From the NCBI GenBank assembly GCA_964413025.1, contig CAYPRG010000004.1:1-35451 (forward strand): a stretch of 35,451 bases of DNA, in the 5' to 3' direction. This document shows positions 1-10,371 of this stretch, one piece after another. The position numbers and the translations under genes are program-made. This stretch comes from an uncultured Planctomycetales bacterium. GTDB taxonomy: Bacteria; Omnitrophota; Gorgyraeia; Gygaellales; Profunditerraquicolaceae. How positions within the stretch are numbered: position 1 is the first letter of the stretch; each line of letters starts with the position of its first letter. The notes below the pieces were generated by a model. The model ran no database searches and had not been told where the DNA came from. It saw only the letters and a program-made list of their open reading frames with translations.

Positions 1-96
1 ATACAGGTAACTATCGGAAATACCGTAATCGATGGCTCGCTAAAGAAGCAGCTTGATGATTTAAAAGAGAAATTAATGACAGTCAGGGTGTCCTAA
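1..96 (+). CDS. atpH: F1 ATP synthase delta (OSCP) subunit, 3' end only (partial at the window edge)
   Basis: An open frame enters from the left edge and stops at TAA 94-96, 1 nt before atpA. The tail [25 protein letters not shown] resembles delta-subunit C-termini and sits in the canonical atpH-atpA position. Confidence 0.6.
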   Translation: MQVTIGNTVIDGSLKKQLDDLKEKLMTVRVS

Positions 97-97
97 T

Positions 98-1615
98 ATG
101 GATTTGAAACCGGAAGAGATAACCTCGGTAATTAAGAAAGAATTGGAAAAATATAAGACCCGCCTGAAGTCTGAATCCGTAGGCACGGTTATTCAGGTAG
201 GCGATGCCATTGCCCGTATCTATGGGTTGGATGACGTGATGATGTCTGAGTTGGTGGAATTCCCCGGTAATGTCAGAGGCATGGTTTTAAATTTGGAAGA
301 GGATAGCGTGGGGGTGGTAATTTTCGGGCAGGATAATCCTGACCGTAACATCAAAGAGGGGGATATTGTAAAGAGGACCGGAGAGATCGCCCAGGTTCCG
401 GTGGGGGACGCGCTTATCGGCAGAGTAGTTGATGCCCTGGGTATCCCTGTTGATGGTAAGGGCCCGATAGCCACGGATAGGTATAGGCCGCTGGCTACCC
501 ATTCGCCAAATGTGGTTGACCGTCAGCCGGTCAAGGAATCGTTGGAGACCGGCATTAAAGCAATAGATGCCATGATTCCTATCGGCCGCGGCCAGCGCGA
601 ATTAATCATAGGAGACAGGCAGACCGGAAAGACTGCCTTGACAATTGATACCATAATCAATCAGAAAGGTAAAGGTGTCTATTGTGTATATGTGGCCATC
701 GGCCAGAAATTAGCCAGTGTAGTGGCGGTAGCCGAGACTTTAGAGAAATACGGGGCGATGGATTATACCGTTATCGTCAGCGCTCCTTCCAGCGCTTCCG
801 CATCACAACAGTATTTAGCGCCTTACAGCGGTTGCGCCATTGCCGAAGAATTCTTATATTCCGGCAGGCATGCATTGGTAATATATGATGATTTGTCCAA
901 GCACGCCCAGGCATACCGGCAGCTTTCGCTTTTATTGAGGCGGCCGCCGGGAAGAGAAGCATACCCGGGGGATATATTTTATCTGCACGCGCGGCTATTG
1001 GAGCGGGCGGCAAAATTAAATGATAAATTAGGCGCGGGTTCCCTGACCGCGATCCCTATAATTGAAACTCAGGCAGGAGACATCACTAGTTATATCCCCA
1101 CAAATGTCATCTCGATTACGGACGGGCAGATCTATCTGGAGAACGACCTTTTCTACGCGGGGGTGCGCCCGGCGGTAAACGTGGGGCTTTCGGTGTCGCG
1201 CGTGGGCGGAAAAGCCCAGGCAAAGGCCATGCGCCAGGTAGCCGGCAAGCTGCGTCTGGATTTGGCGCAGTACCGCGAGTTGTTGACTTTTACCCAGTTC
1301 GGAGCCGAAGTGGATAAGACCACCCAGGCTCAATTGAACCGCGGCGGAAAAATGGTCGAAGTATTAAAGCAGGAGGAATATGATCCTCTGCCGTTGGCAA
1401 AAGAAGTAATGATTATTTACGCCGGGATTAATGGTTTCCTGGATGATCTACCCGGTGCGCTGATAAAGAAATTTGAGAGTGAATTTTACGTTTTCATGGA
1501 GAAGAACCATCCCGGCATAGAGGAAGATATAGCTAAAAAGCGCCTCCTGGACGACGATTTAATACCGTTACTGGATAAAGCTATCAGGGAATTCAAGGAG
1601 TATTTTACTAAATAA
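98..1615 (+). CDS. atpA: F1 ATP synthase alpha subunit
   Basis: 505 aa with Walker A GDRQTGKT and alpha signatures ITDGQIYLE and [14 protein letters not shown]. It is followed by gamma, beta and epsilon in canonical order. Confidence 0.97.
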   Translation: MDLKPEEITSVIKKELEKYKTRLKSESVGTVIQVGDAIARIYGLDDVMMSELVEFPGNVRGMVLNLEEDSVGVVIFGQDNPDRNIKEGDIVKRTGEIAQVPVGDALIGRVVDALGIPVDGKGPIATDRYRPLATHSPNVVDRQPVKESLETGIKAIDAMIPIGRGQRELIIGDRQTGKTALTIDTIINQKGKGVYCVYVAIGQKLASVVAVAETLEKYGAMDYTVIVSAPSSASASQQYLAPYSGCAIAEEFLYSGRHALVIYDDLSKHAQAYRQLSLLLRRPPGREAYPGDIFYLHARLLERAAKLNDKLGAGSLTAIPIIETQAGDITSYIPTNVISITDGQIYLENDLFYAGVRPAVNVGLSVSRVGGKAQAKAMRQVAGKLRLDLAQYRELLTFTQFGAEVDKTTQAQLNRGGKMVEVLKQEEYDPLPLAKEVMIIYAGINGFLDDLPGALIKKFESEFYVFMEKNHPGIEEDIAKKRLLDDDLIPLLDKAIREFKEYFTK

Positions 1616-2469
1616 TGGCAGAATCTCTTAAGCAGATAAAAAACAGGATACGCAGCGTCGGTAACACCCAGAAAGTCACTCACGCCATGGAGATGATCTC
1701 CGCGGCTAAGTTAAGGCCATTGGAAAACAGGCTTCCTGCTCAAAGCGTATATTTTTTGAGCATAGAAAAATTATTAAAAAAATTAATGCCTTGCCAGGTC
1801 TCTGCGGTTCACCCCCTGATTGAGGAACGCCAGGAGAAGAAAAAGACGGCCTTTTGCGTGATTGCTTCCGACGCCGGGTTATGCGGGATGTATAATAACA
1901 ATCTCTTACGTTTAGCCGACGCCTTTATGAATCAAAGAGGGCAGGATAATATTTTATTGATCAGCGTAGGTAAAAAAGCCTTAAATCATTTTAGAAAAAA
2001 AGAGGTCAGTATCAGGGAGAAGTTTGTGGAATTAAACGGGCATTATTCGGATGAGCTGTGCGATAAAATTTTAAATACCCTGATGGATGCCTACGTCTCC
2101 GGGCAGGCGGATGAGGTTTATATCGCTTACACTTCTTTTATTTCGCCGGTGAGGCATAAACCGGTTATAGAGAAAATATTAAATATAACAATGCCCGCGG
2201 ATGAAGACAGCACGGGTTACCTGTTTGAGCCTGATGTTAAGAGCATCCTGGATGAACTTATACCGGCGTATCTATCATATAAAATGAAATCAGCGATTTT
2301 AAATTCATTTGCTTCTGAGCAGGCGGCCAGAATGGTAGCGATGGGCGAAGCAACCAGGAATGCCGATGAACTGCTGGATGACCTGGTTTTATCCAGGAAT
2401 AAATTAAGGCAGTATAACATTACCAAGGAATTACTGGAGATTATATCTTCGGCAGAAGTATTAAGATAG
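1615..2469 (+). CDS. atpG: F1 ATP synthase gamma subunit
   Basis: 284 aa. The N-terminus IKNRIRSVGNTQKVTHAMEMISAAKL and C-terminus LSRNKLRQYNITKELLEIISSAE are typical gamma coiled-coil ends. It overlaps atpA by TAATG. Confidence 0.93.
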   Translation: MAESLKQIKNRIRSVGNTQKVTHAMEMISAAKLRPLENRLPAQSVYFLSIEKLLKKLMPCQVSAVHPLIEERQEKKKTAFCVIASDAGLCGMYNNNLLRLADAFMNQRGQDNILLISVGKKALNHFRKKEVSIREKFVELNGHYSDELCDKILNTLMDAYVSGQADEVYIAYTSFISPVRHKPVIEKILNITMPADEDSTGYLFEPDVKSILDELIPAYLSYKMKSAILNSFASEQAARMVAMGEATRNADELLDDLVLSRNKLRQYNITKELLEIISSAEVLR

Positions 2470-3894
<1,425 letters not shown>

Positions 3895-3897
3895 TTT

Positions 3898-4149
3898 ATG
3901 CCTAAACCGTTCAACCTCATTATTATTAGTCCCGATAAAATCGAATACGAAGGAAAAGTTATATCGGCGGTAGTTCCTGCCGCCTTGGGTTATTTAGGTA
4001 TATTAGCCAATCACGCTCCCCTGGCGGCAAACCTGGCCAGCGGAAAAATAATCCTGCAGGAGGAATCCGGGGAAAGAAAGATTTTTTACCACAAAAGCAA
4101 AGGATTCCTGGAGATCTTAAAAAACAACGTCACTATAATTCTAAATTAA
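3898..4149 (+). CDS. atpC: F1 ATP synthase epsilon subunit, short form (N-terminal beta-sandwich only)
   Basis: 83 aa. The segment ISPDKIEYEGKVISAVVPAALGYLGILANHAPL matches the epsilon N-terminal domain, and the gene lies immediately after atpD. Confidence 0.85.
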   Translation: MPKPFNLIIISPDKIEYEGKVISAVVPAALGYLGILANHAPLAANLASGKIILQEESGERKIFYHKSKGFLEILKNNVTIILN

Positions 4150-4190
4150 TCCATAAGAATATTTTGGCGGTAAAGAAGGAGGGGTTTTAG

Positions 4191-4808
4191 ATGACTCTTT
4201 GGCAATTAGTTCAGTTTGGCGGTTTCACTATGTATATACTTCTGACTGTTTCGGTGCTCTCGCTTGCTATTATCATCGAGAGGTGCGCTTATTACCGGCG
4301 CAGGTCCCGGATCAAAAGAGAAGAATTTATGAGGCAGGTAAGCGCGGAATTAAGAAATGGCAACCTGAAGAGGGCCTTGGAAATATGCAAGGATAACGAT
4401 ACGCCCTTTTCCAGCGTGGTCCATTCGGGCCTTAATCTTCACGGCCACAGCGAAGTGGTAATATCCAATACAATGGAGAGAGAGGTAACCATAGAAACAA
4501 CCAGGTTAGAGCGGTTTACCAGCATCGTCGGCACCATCGGCAGCACCGCTGTTTATATCGGGCTTTTTGGGACAGTTTTGGGCATAATCAGGGCTTTTCG
4601 CGATATCGCAGCCAGCGGTTCAGGCGGAATAAGCGTGGTCATCAGCGGCATATCTGAAGCTTTGGTCTGTACGGCCATGGGGCTTTGCGTGGCTGTGCCG
4701 GCAGTTATTGCCTACAATTATTTCGTGAAAAGAGTAGACAGTTTTATTACCGATATGGAACTTTGCGCGTCGGAAACAATGGACCTTTTGACCATTAAGC
4801 AGAAATGA
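4191..4808 (+). CDS. MotA/TolQ/ExbB-family proton-channel protein
   Basis: 205 aa with three TM segments. It carries the family motifs GLFGTVLGIIRAF and ALVCTAMGLCVAVPAVIAYNYF. An AAGGAGG Shine-Dalgarno sequence lies upstream, and the gene overlaps the next gene by 4 nt. Confidence 0.85.
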   Translation: MTLWQLVQFGGFTMYILLTVSVLSLAIIIERCAYYRRRSRIKREEFMRQVSAELRNGNLKRALEICKDNDTPFSSVVHSGLNLHGHSEVVISNTMEREVTIETTRLERFTSIVGTIGSTAVYIGLFGTVLGIIRAFRDIAASGSGGISVVISGISEALVCTAMGLCVAVPAVIAYNYFVKRVDSFITDMELCASETMDLLTIKQK

Positions 4809-5215
4809 ATATTAAATCCCGTAAGCAAAAATTAGTCGCAGAAATAAATATTACCCCGTTTACCGATGTCATCCTGGTTCTACTGGTAATATTTATGATA
4901 ACTACGCCTTTAATCACCCAGTCTATGATTAAAGTCAAGCTTCCTCAGGCAAAAAGCGGCGTCCCGGTTGAAGCCGGCAGGCAAATACAGGCAGGTATTA
5001 CTATAAGCAATGAGGGTTTGATTTATCTTGAAGAGAAACTTGTCACTAGGAAAGAACTCAGAGAGAAAATTGCCCTGATACATGAGGATAATCCGGGGTT
5101 AAGCGTTATTTTACGGTCGGACAGGTTGGTACAGTTTAAAAATATCGTGGGGGTCTTAGATATCTTGAGTGAATTAGGTATCAAAAACCTTAATATCGCG
5201 GCAACAACCGAATAG
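4805..5215 (+). CDS. ExbD/TolR-family protein
   Basis: 136 aa. The N-terminus INITPFTDVILVLLVIFMIT contains the conserved TM Asp, followed by a periplasmic domain. It is translationally coupled to the ExbB-like gene. Confidence 0.85.
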   Translation: MNIKSRKQKLVAEINITPFTDVILVLLVIFMITTPLITQSMIKVKLPQAKSGVPVEAGRQIQAGITISNEGLIYLEEKLVTRKELREKIALIHEDNPGLSVILRSDRLVQFKNIVGVLDILSELGIKNLNIAATTE

Positions 5216-5235
5216 TAGAAAGGAGAGAAGTAAAA

Positions 5236-7515
5236 ATGTTTTCTTTGCAGGCAACAATGTTTGAGTTAATTTCAATTTGGGGGGTTCTGGTCATCGCTTT
5301 CTTAGGCTTAGGATATGCTCTTTTGTTGAGGGCCCAAATCCTGCGCCAGGATAAAGGCACGCCCCAGATGCAGGAAGTCTGGACTGCTATCCGTACAGGA
5401 GCGGATGCTTATCTGGGCCGCCAATTAAAGACTATACTACCCTTAATTTTCATTCTTACGGGTGTTTTGTTTTTTTCGGTTTATGTCATACCTCCCAGCG
5501 AAGAGGCATTGCAGCGTTTCGCAAAATACAGCCCGGATATGGTCAGGCTGATTGTCGGGATAGGCCGCGCCGCAGCATTTATCATGGGCGCGACTTTTTC
5601 ATTAATGGTCGGGCAGTTCGGGATGCGTATGGCGGTTGAAGGCAACGTCCGCGTGGCGTCAGCTTCAAGAAGAAGTTTTTCCGAGGCCTTGAAGATTGCT
5701 TACCGCACCGGAACTATTACCGGTATGCTTACCGATGGTTTAGGCCTTTTAGGAGGCTCGGTTATTTTTATTATCTTCGGCCTGGCTTCACCGGATGTCC
5801 TTTTAGGTTTTGGTTTTGGCGGCACGCTCCTGGCTTTATTTATGCGCGTGGGCGGCGGCATCTATACCAAGGCAGCTGATGTCGGGGCTGATTTGGTGGG
5901 AAAAGTAGAAAAAAATATTCCCGAGGATGACCCCAGGAATGCCGCGGTAATCGCGGATCTGGTGGGAGATAACGTCGGCGACTGCGCGGGTATGGCCGCT
6001 GATATTTTTGAATCATATGAAGTTACCATTGTCTCCGGATTGATATTAGGCGTGGCGTTGATTGGCATCACCGGAGAGATAAAATGGATTATTTTTCCTT
6101 TACTTGTGCGCGGCATCGGCGTCCTTTCTTCGATTGTCGGCACCTATTTAGTTAAAGGTAAGAAGGGAGAAAAAAGAGGGGATGCTCTCGGCAGTATTAA
6201 CCGCGGCTTCTATGCTTCGGCCGCGATTTCCCTGGTGGCATTTATGTTTTTGGCTCATTATTATATGAATGAGTGGAGGGCTTTTTTCTCGGTGGCTGTA
6301 GGTATTTTGCTGGCTATTGTTATCGATGAAATAACAAAATACTTTACCCATACCGCTCACGCTCCGGTGAAGGAGATCGCCGCGTCTTCCAAGACAGGTT
6401 CAGCTACTTTGATTTTACGCGGGCTCTCAATAGGTTTTGAGTCTTCCGCCTGGCAGTTTATAGTTATTGCTTTTACGATCCTGGCGGCAGTTCTGATCTA
6501 TTGGGGACAACCGGTAATATTTGTCCTCTATGGTGTGGCTATGACCGGTATCGGGATGCTTACTCTTACCGGCAACAACGTGGCTATGGATTCTTTCGGG
6601 CCTATTGTTGATAATGCCAACGGCATAGGCGAGATGACACATATGGATAAGGAATCGCGCCAGATTATGGCTGACCTTGATGCGGTAGGTAATACTACTA
6701 AAGCTATCACCAAGGGAGTGGCAATCGGCTCTGCGGTAATTGCCGCGGTATCCCTGTTCGGTTCATTCCTTACTGATGTAACCAAAGTACAGATGCAAAT
6801 GGGCATAGCTGAAAATCTACGCCTTCTTGTTACAGGCATACGCGTTTCCGAGCCGATAGTTTTTGTAGGGCTGCTTATCGGCGGAGCAATTCCTTGTTTA
6901 TTCTCAGCTTTGACTATTAATGCAGTGACAAAAGCCGCTTCTTTAATTGTGGAAGAAGTGCGGCGTCAGTTTCACATCCCGGGGTTAATGGAGGGTAAGG
7001 TCAAGCCTGACTATAAAAAAGCAGTGGATATCTGCACAGTTTCAGCGCAGAAAGAGTTGATTGGCCTGGCATTAATTGCAGTAGTCAGCCCGCTCTTAAT
7101 GGGTATGCTTCTTGGAGTTGAGGCTTTAGGCGGATTCCTTGCCGGCGTAATCCTTGCCGGCCAGCTTTTAGCGGTATTTATGTCCACAGCAGGAGGCGCC
7201 TGGGATAATGCTAAGAAAACGATAGAAGACGGGTTGTATGGAGGGAAAGGTTCCGAGGCACATAGAGCGTCGGTAGTCGGAGATACGGTCGGCGACCCCT
7301 TAAAGGATACCTCTGGCCCGGCATTAAACCCGATGATCAAAGTAATCAATCTGGTGTCGCTTTTGGCAGCGCCCATTCTTATACATTACCGCAGGACTGA
7401 CCCGGGTGTTATTTTTGCCATGGTGATATGTACTCTTTTAATAGGCGGAGCAATCCTCTATTCTAAAAATGGAAGATTAAGTTTTAAAAAGGCAAAGGCG
7501 GATTCCGCGTGGTAG
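5236..7515 (+). CDS. hppA: Membrane-integral H+-translocating pyrophosphatase, K+-independent type
   Basis: 759 aa and polytopic. It carries DVGADLVGKVE, DNVGDCAGMAADIFESY, GGAWDNAKK and GDTVGDPLKDTSGP. GNTTKAITKG (6688-6717) has Lys/Thr at the K+-dependence determinant. Confidence 0.95.
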   Translation: MFSLQATMFELISIWGVLVIAFLGLGYALLLRAQILRQDKGTPQMQEVWTAIRTGADAYLGRQLKTILPLIFILTGVLFFSVYVIPPSEEALQRFAKYSPDMVRLIVGIGRAAAFIMGATFSLMVGQFGMRMAVEGNVRVASASRRSFSEALKIAYRTGTITGMLTDGLGLLGGSVIFIIFGLASPDVLLGFGFGGTLLALFMRVGGGIYTKAADVGADLVGKVEKNIPEDDPRNAAVIADLVGDNVGDCAGMAADIFESYEVTIVSGLILGVALIGITGEIKWIIFPLLVRGIGVLSSIVGTYLVKGKKGEKRGDALGSINRGFYASAAISLVAFMFLAHYYMNEWRAFFSVAVGILLAIVIDEITKYFTHTAHAPVKEIAASSKTGSATLILRGLSIGFESSAWQFIVIAFTILAAVLIYWGQPVIFVLYGVAMTGIGMLTLTGNNVAMDSFGPIVDNANGIGEMTHMDKESRQIMADLDAVGNTTKAITKGVAIGSAVIAAVSLFGSFLTDVTKVQMQMGIAENLRLLVTGIRVSEPIVFVGLLIGGAIPCLFSALTINAVTKAASLIVEEVRRQFHIPGLMEGKVKPDYKKAVDICTVSAQKELIGLALIAVVSPLLMGMLLGVEALGGFLAGVILAGQLLAVFMSTAGGAWDNAKKTIEDGLYGGKGSEAHRASVVGDTVGDPLKDTSGPALNPMIKVINLVSLLAAPILIHYRRTDPGVIFAMVICTLLIGGAILYSKNGRLSFKKAKADSAW

Positions 7516-8144
7516 ATTTTTTCTTCCATATTGATAAGTACCTGGCCGCCATTATTCAGAATTTTGGCGCCGGGTCTTATCTTTTGCTTTTTGCCATTGT
7601 CTTTGCCGAAACCGGGCTTGTGGTCACCCCATTTTTGCCCGGCGATTCATTGCTTTTTGCCGCGGGGGCTTTCGCTGCCATCGGATCGTTCGACCTATTT
7701 TGGCTTTTTGTGGTTTTGTCGGTGGCAGCGATTCTCGGCGACAGCGTTAATTACGCGATAGGAAAATACTTCGGTGAAAGATTATTCCGCAACGAAAAGT
7801 CCAAGATTTTCAAAAAGGAATACCTGAAACGCACTCATGCTTTCTATGAGAAATACGGAGGAAAAACCATCGTTATAGCGCGTTTTGTACCGGTGATACG
7901 CACTTTCGCCCCTTTTGTCGCCGGAGTAGGGAAGATGAACTACTTACACTTTTTTTTCTACAATGTAACCGGCGGTTTATTGTGGGTCTCAAGTTTTCTC
8001 TTCTGCGGGTTTTATTTTGGAAATACGCCATTGATTAAAGAGAATTTTTCAATGGCTATCTTTGTGATAGTGATACTTTCAATTCTTCCCGGGATAATCG
8101 AGTTTTATAAGCACCACAGGCGCAGGCGTGCAGCTGGAAAATGA
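7509..8144 (+). CDS. DedA-family membrane protein
   Basis: 211 aa with a GTG start overlapping the hppA stop. It carries the DedA/SNARE-associated motifs FAETGLVVTPFLPGDSLLF, GKTIVIARFVPVIRTFAPFVAG and MNY..F..YN..GG..W. Confidence 0.85.
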   Translation: MVDFFFHIDKYLAAIIQNFGAGSYLLLFAIVFAETGLVVTPFLPGDSLLFAAGAFAAIGSFDLFWLFVVLSVAAILGDSVNYAIGKYFGERLFRNEKSKIFKKEYLKRTHAFYEKYGGKTIVIARFVPVIRTFAPFVAGVGKMNYLHFFFYNVTGGLLWVSSFLFCGFYFGNTPLIKENFSMAIFVIVILSILPGIIEFYKHHRRRRAAGK

Positions 8145-8815
8145 TAGCTTTCGCGGCATCTTTTATTTTGGTGGTCTTTGCCGAAATGGGGGATAAGACC
8201 CAGCTTTTGGCAATGGCTTTTGCCATGAAGTACAGTATTTATAAAGTGCTCTTGGCAATTTTTCTCGCCACCTTATTGAGCAATGCTTTTGCGGTAACCG
8301 CGGGCCACCTTTTGACCGCGGTTATGCCTATAGACATTATTACTTTTGTCGCCTCCTTATCGTTTATATTTTTTGGGATATGGACTATTCGGACAGAGAA
8401 GCTTGAAGGGCAGGATAAGAAAGCATCAAAATTCGGCCCCATACTTACCGTGGGGATCGCATTTCTTCTTGCGGAAATGGGAGATAAGACTCAGCTTGCT
8501 ACGATAAGCCTTGCTGTAAAATATCAAAATATATTCGGCGTGCTTATGGGTACGACCCTTGCCATGGTGGCCGCCGACGCTATCGGCATAATTTTTGGCA
8601 GGGTAATACATAAGCGCCTGTCTGAAGAAAAGATCAAATGGTTTGCCGCGGTTATTTTTGTATTATTCGGCCTTAGCGGAGTTTACGGGGTGTTATCCGC
8701 CAGGCTTGGGTCATTATTGCATATCTGGGGTGTTATTTTGTTTATCAGCGCATGTTCGGTTTGCGGGCTGTATTATTTTTCGCGGCCCCAAAAAAATCCT
8801 AAAAAGAGGGTATGA
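8141..8815 (+). CDS. GDT1/TMEM165 (UPF0016) family cation (Mn2+/Ca2+):H+ transporter
   Basis: 224 aa. The signature E-x-G-D-K-T occurs twice (AEMGDKTQLLAMAFA and AEMGDKTQLATISLA), one in each internal repeat. The gene has an ATGA overlap with dedA. Confidence 0.85.
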   Translation: MIAFAASFILVVFAEMGDKTQLLAMAFAMKYSIYKVLLAIFLATLLSNAFAVTAGHLLTAVMPIDIITFVASLSFIFFGIWTIRTEKLEGQDKKASKFGPILTVGIAFLLAEMGDKTQLATISLAVKYQNIFGVLMGTTLAMVAADAIGIIFGRVIHKRLSEEKIKWFAAVIFVLFGLSGVYGVLSARLGSLLHIWGVILFISACSVCGLYYFSRPQKNPKKRV

Positions 8816-9726
8816 TGCAGATTTTGTTATGGGTGGGTTTTATTCTTTTTGTCCTGGTTATGCTGGCGCTTGATCTGTTTGTTTTCCACCGTAAGACCCA
8901 TGAGGTTAAGGTAAAAGAAGCCCTTCTCTGGAGCGGTTTTTGGATAGCCCTGTCGTTAGTTTTTAATCTGGGAGTCTACATCTGGGGCGGTAAGCAGCAG
9001 GCGCTGGAGTTTTTAACCGGGTATTTGCTTGAGAAATCATTAAGCGTAGATAATATTTTTGTATTTTTAATGATCTTCTCGTATTTCAAGATACCGCATA
9101 AATACCAGCATGAAGTTTTATTCTGGGGGATCCTCGGCGCTCTTATCATGCGCGGCGCTTTCATCGCCGGAGGCATTGCTTTAATCGAGCAATTCCACTG
9201 GATAATCTATGTGTTCGGCGGGTTCCTGATCTTTTCCGGGATCAAAATGGTTACCGATAAGGACAAGGAGATCCACCCTGAAAAAAGCCTTGTCCTGCGC
9301 CTCTTTAACCGGGTGATGCCGGTCACAAAAGGGATAGAGGATGGAAGATTCTTTGTTAAAACTTCCGGGCGGTGGTTTGCCACTCCGTTATTTGTAGTCC
9401 TTTTAGTGGTCGAAACCACCGATGTGATGTTTGCCTTTGATTCTATACCGGCTATACTGGCTATTACCCAAAATCCGTTTATCGTTTATACTTCCAATGT
9501 TTTTGCGATCTTGGGCTTGCGCGCCCTTTACTTTGCCTTAGCCGGAGTTATGCAGTATTTTCATTACCTTCATTACGGGCTTTCCCTGATACTGGTTTTT
9601 GTGGGTTTAAAAATGCTTTTAGCGGAGATATATAAGATTTCGGTAGGTACTTCATTGTTAGTTCTTGCTTTTATTTTAACAGTTTCAATTATTGCTTCAA
9701 TGCTTTGGCCCAAGAAGGCTAAATAA
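8812..9726 (+). CDS. TerC-family integral membrane protein (Alx/MeeF-like putative metal exporter)
   Basis: 304 aa with the TerC motifs EKSLSVDNIFVFLMIF and ETTDVMFAFDSIPAILAIT, and the segment NVFAILGLRALYF. It overlaps the preceding gene by 4 nt. Confidence 0.85.
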   Translation: MMQILLWVGFILFVLVMLALDLFVFHRKTHEVKVKEALLWSGFWIALSLVFNLGVYIWGGKQQALEFLTGYLLEKSLSVDNIFVFLMIFSYFKIPHKYQHEVLFWGILGALIMRGAFIAGGIALIEQFHWIIYVFGGFLIFSGIKMVTDKDKEIHPEKSLVLRLFNRVMPVTKGIEDGRFFVKTSGRWFATPLFVVLLVVETTDVMFAFDSIPAILAITQNPFIVYTSNVFAILGLRALYFALAGVMQYFHYLHYGLSLILVFVGLKMLLAEIYKISVGTSLLVLAFILTVSIIASMLWPKKAK

Positions 9727-9741
9727 AGGAAGGAGCAGGCG

Positions 9742-10368
9742 ATGTTCTTCAAATTTTTTCCCAATGAGTTCAATTTTTTTGACCTTTTTGAAAAGCAGGT
9801 AAGTTGCGCGGTTGACGCGGCAAAGTATTTTAAGGAATTAGTGCTTAAAGGCGTTTTTGATGAAGCGGCGATACAGAAAATGGGCGCTATCGAGCATCAG
9901 GGGGATGATGTTGCTCATACTATAATCGAGCAACTAAATAAAACTTTTATCACGCCTTTTGACCGGGAAGATATCCATCGGCTGGTAAAAGAACTTGATG
10001 ATGTTATTGATATGATTAACACCATTGTCAGCCGGATGAGAGTCTATAAACTGTCGGGAGTCAACAAAAACCTGGTAGAATTTGCTTCTGTTATTGAGGA
10101 ATCGGTTAGCGCGGTAGCCTGTGCGGTAAAAGCCATGCGAAATATGAAAAACTTAAAGGTAGTATCCAATGCTTGCGTAGAGGTAAACCGCCTGGAAAAT
10201 GTCGGTGACTCAATGAGGGATGAGATGCTGGCAGAGTTGTTTGAGAGAGAGAAGGACCCTATTGCGGTGATCAAATGGAAGGAAATCTATCAGGACGCGG
10301 AGACCGTCCTTGATATCTGCGAAGATGTCGCTCATGTAGTGGATTCCATACTTGTAAAACAAGCTTAA
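9742..10368 (+). CDS. DUF47 / PhoU-like Pit accessory protein
   Basis: 208 aa, helical. It carries FITPFDREDIHRLVKELDDVIDMI and WKEIYQDAETVLDICEDVAHVV, typical of YkaA/DUF47 proteins encoded directly upstream of PiT genes. Confidence 0.8.
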   Translation: MFFKFFPNEFNFFDLFEKQVSCAVDAAKYFKELVLKGVFDEAAIQKMGAIEHQGDDVAHTIIEQLNKTFITPFDREDIHRLVKELDDVIDMINTIVSRMRVYKLSGVNKNLVEFASVIEESVSAVACAVKAMRNMKNLKVVSNACVEVNRLENVGDSMRDEMLAELFEREKDPIAVIKWKEIYQDAETVLDICEDVAHVVDSILVKQA

Positions 10369-10371
10369 ACT

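Noticed and set aside
8165-8500. Two similar DNA segments about 300 bp apart (GCCGAAATGGGGGATAAGACCCAGCTTTTG and GCGGAAATGGGAGATAAGACTCAGCTTGCT) might be a direct repeat or mobile-element end.
   Set aside because: They encode the two ExGDKT motifs of the internally duplicated GDT1/UPF0016 fold, so this is an ancient intragenic duplication and not a repeat element.
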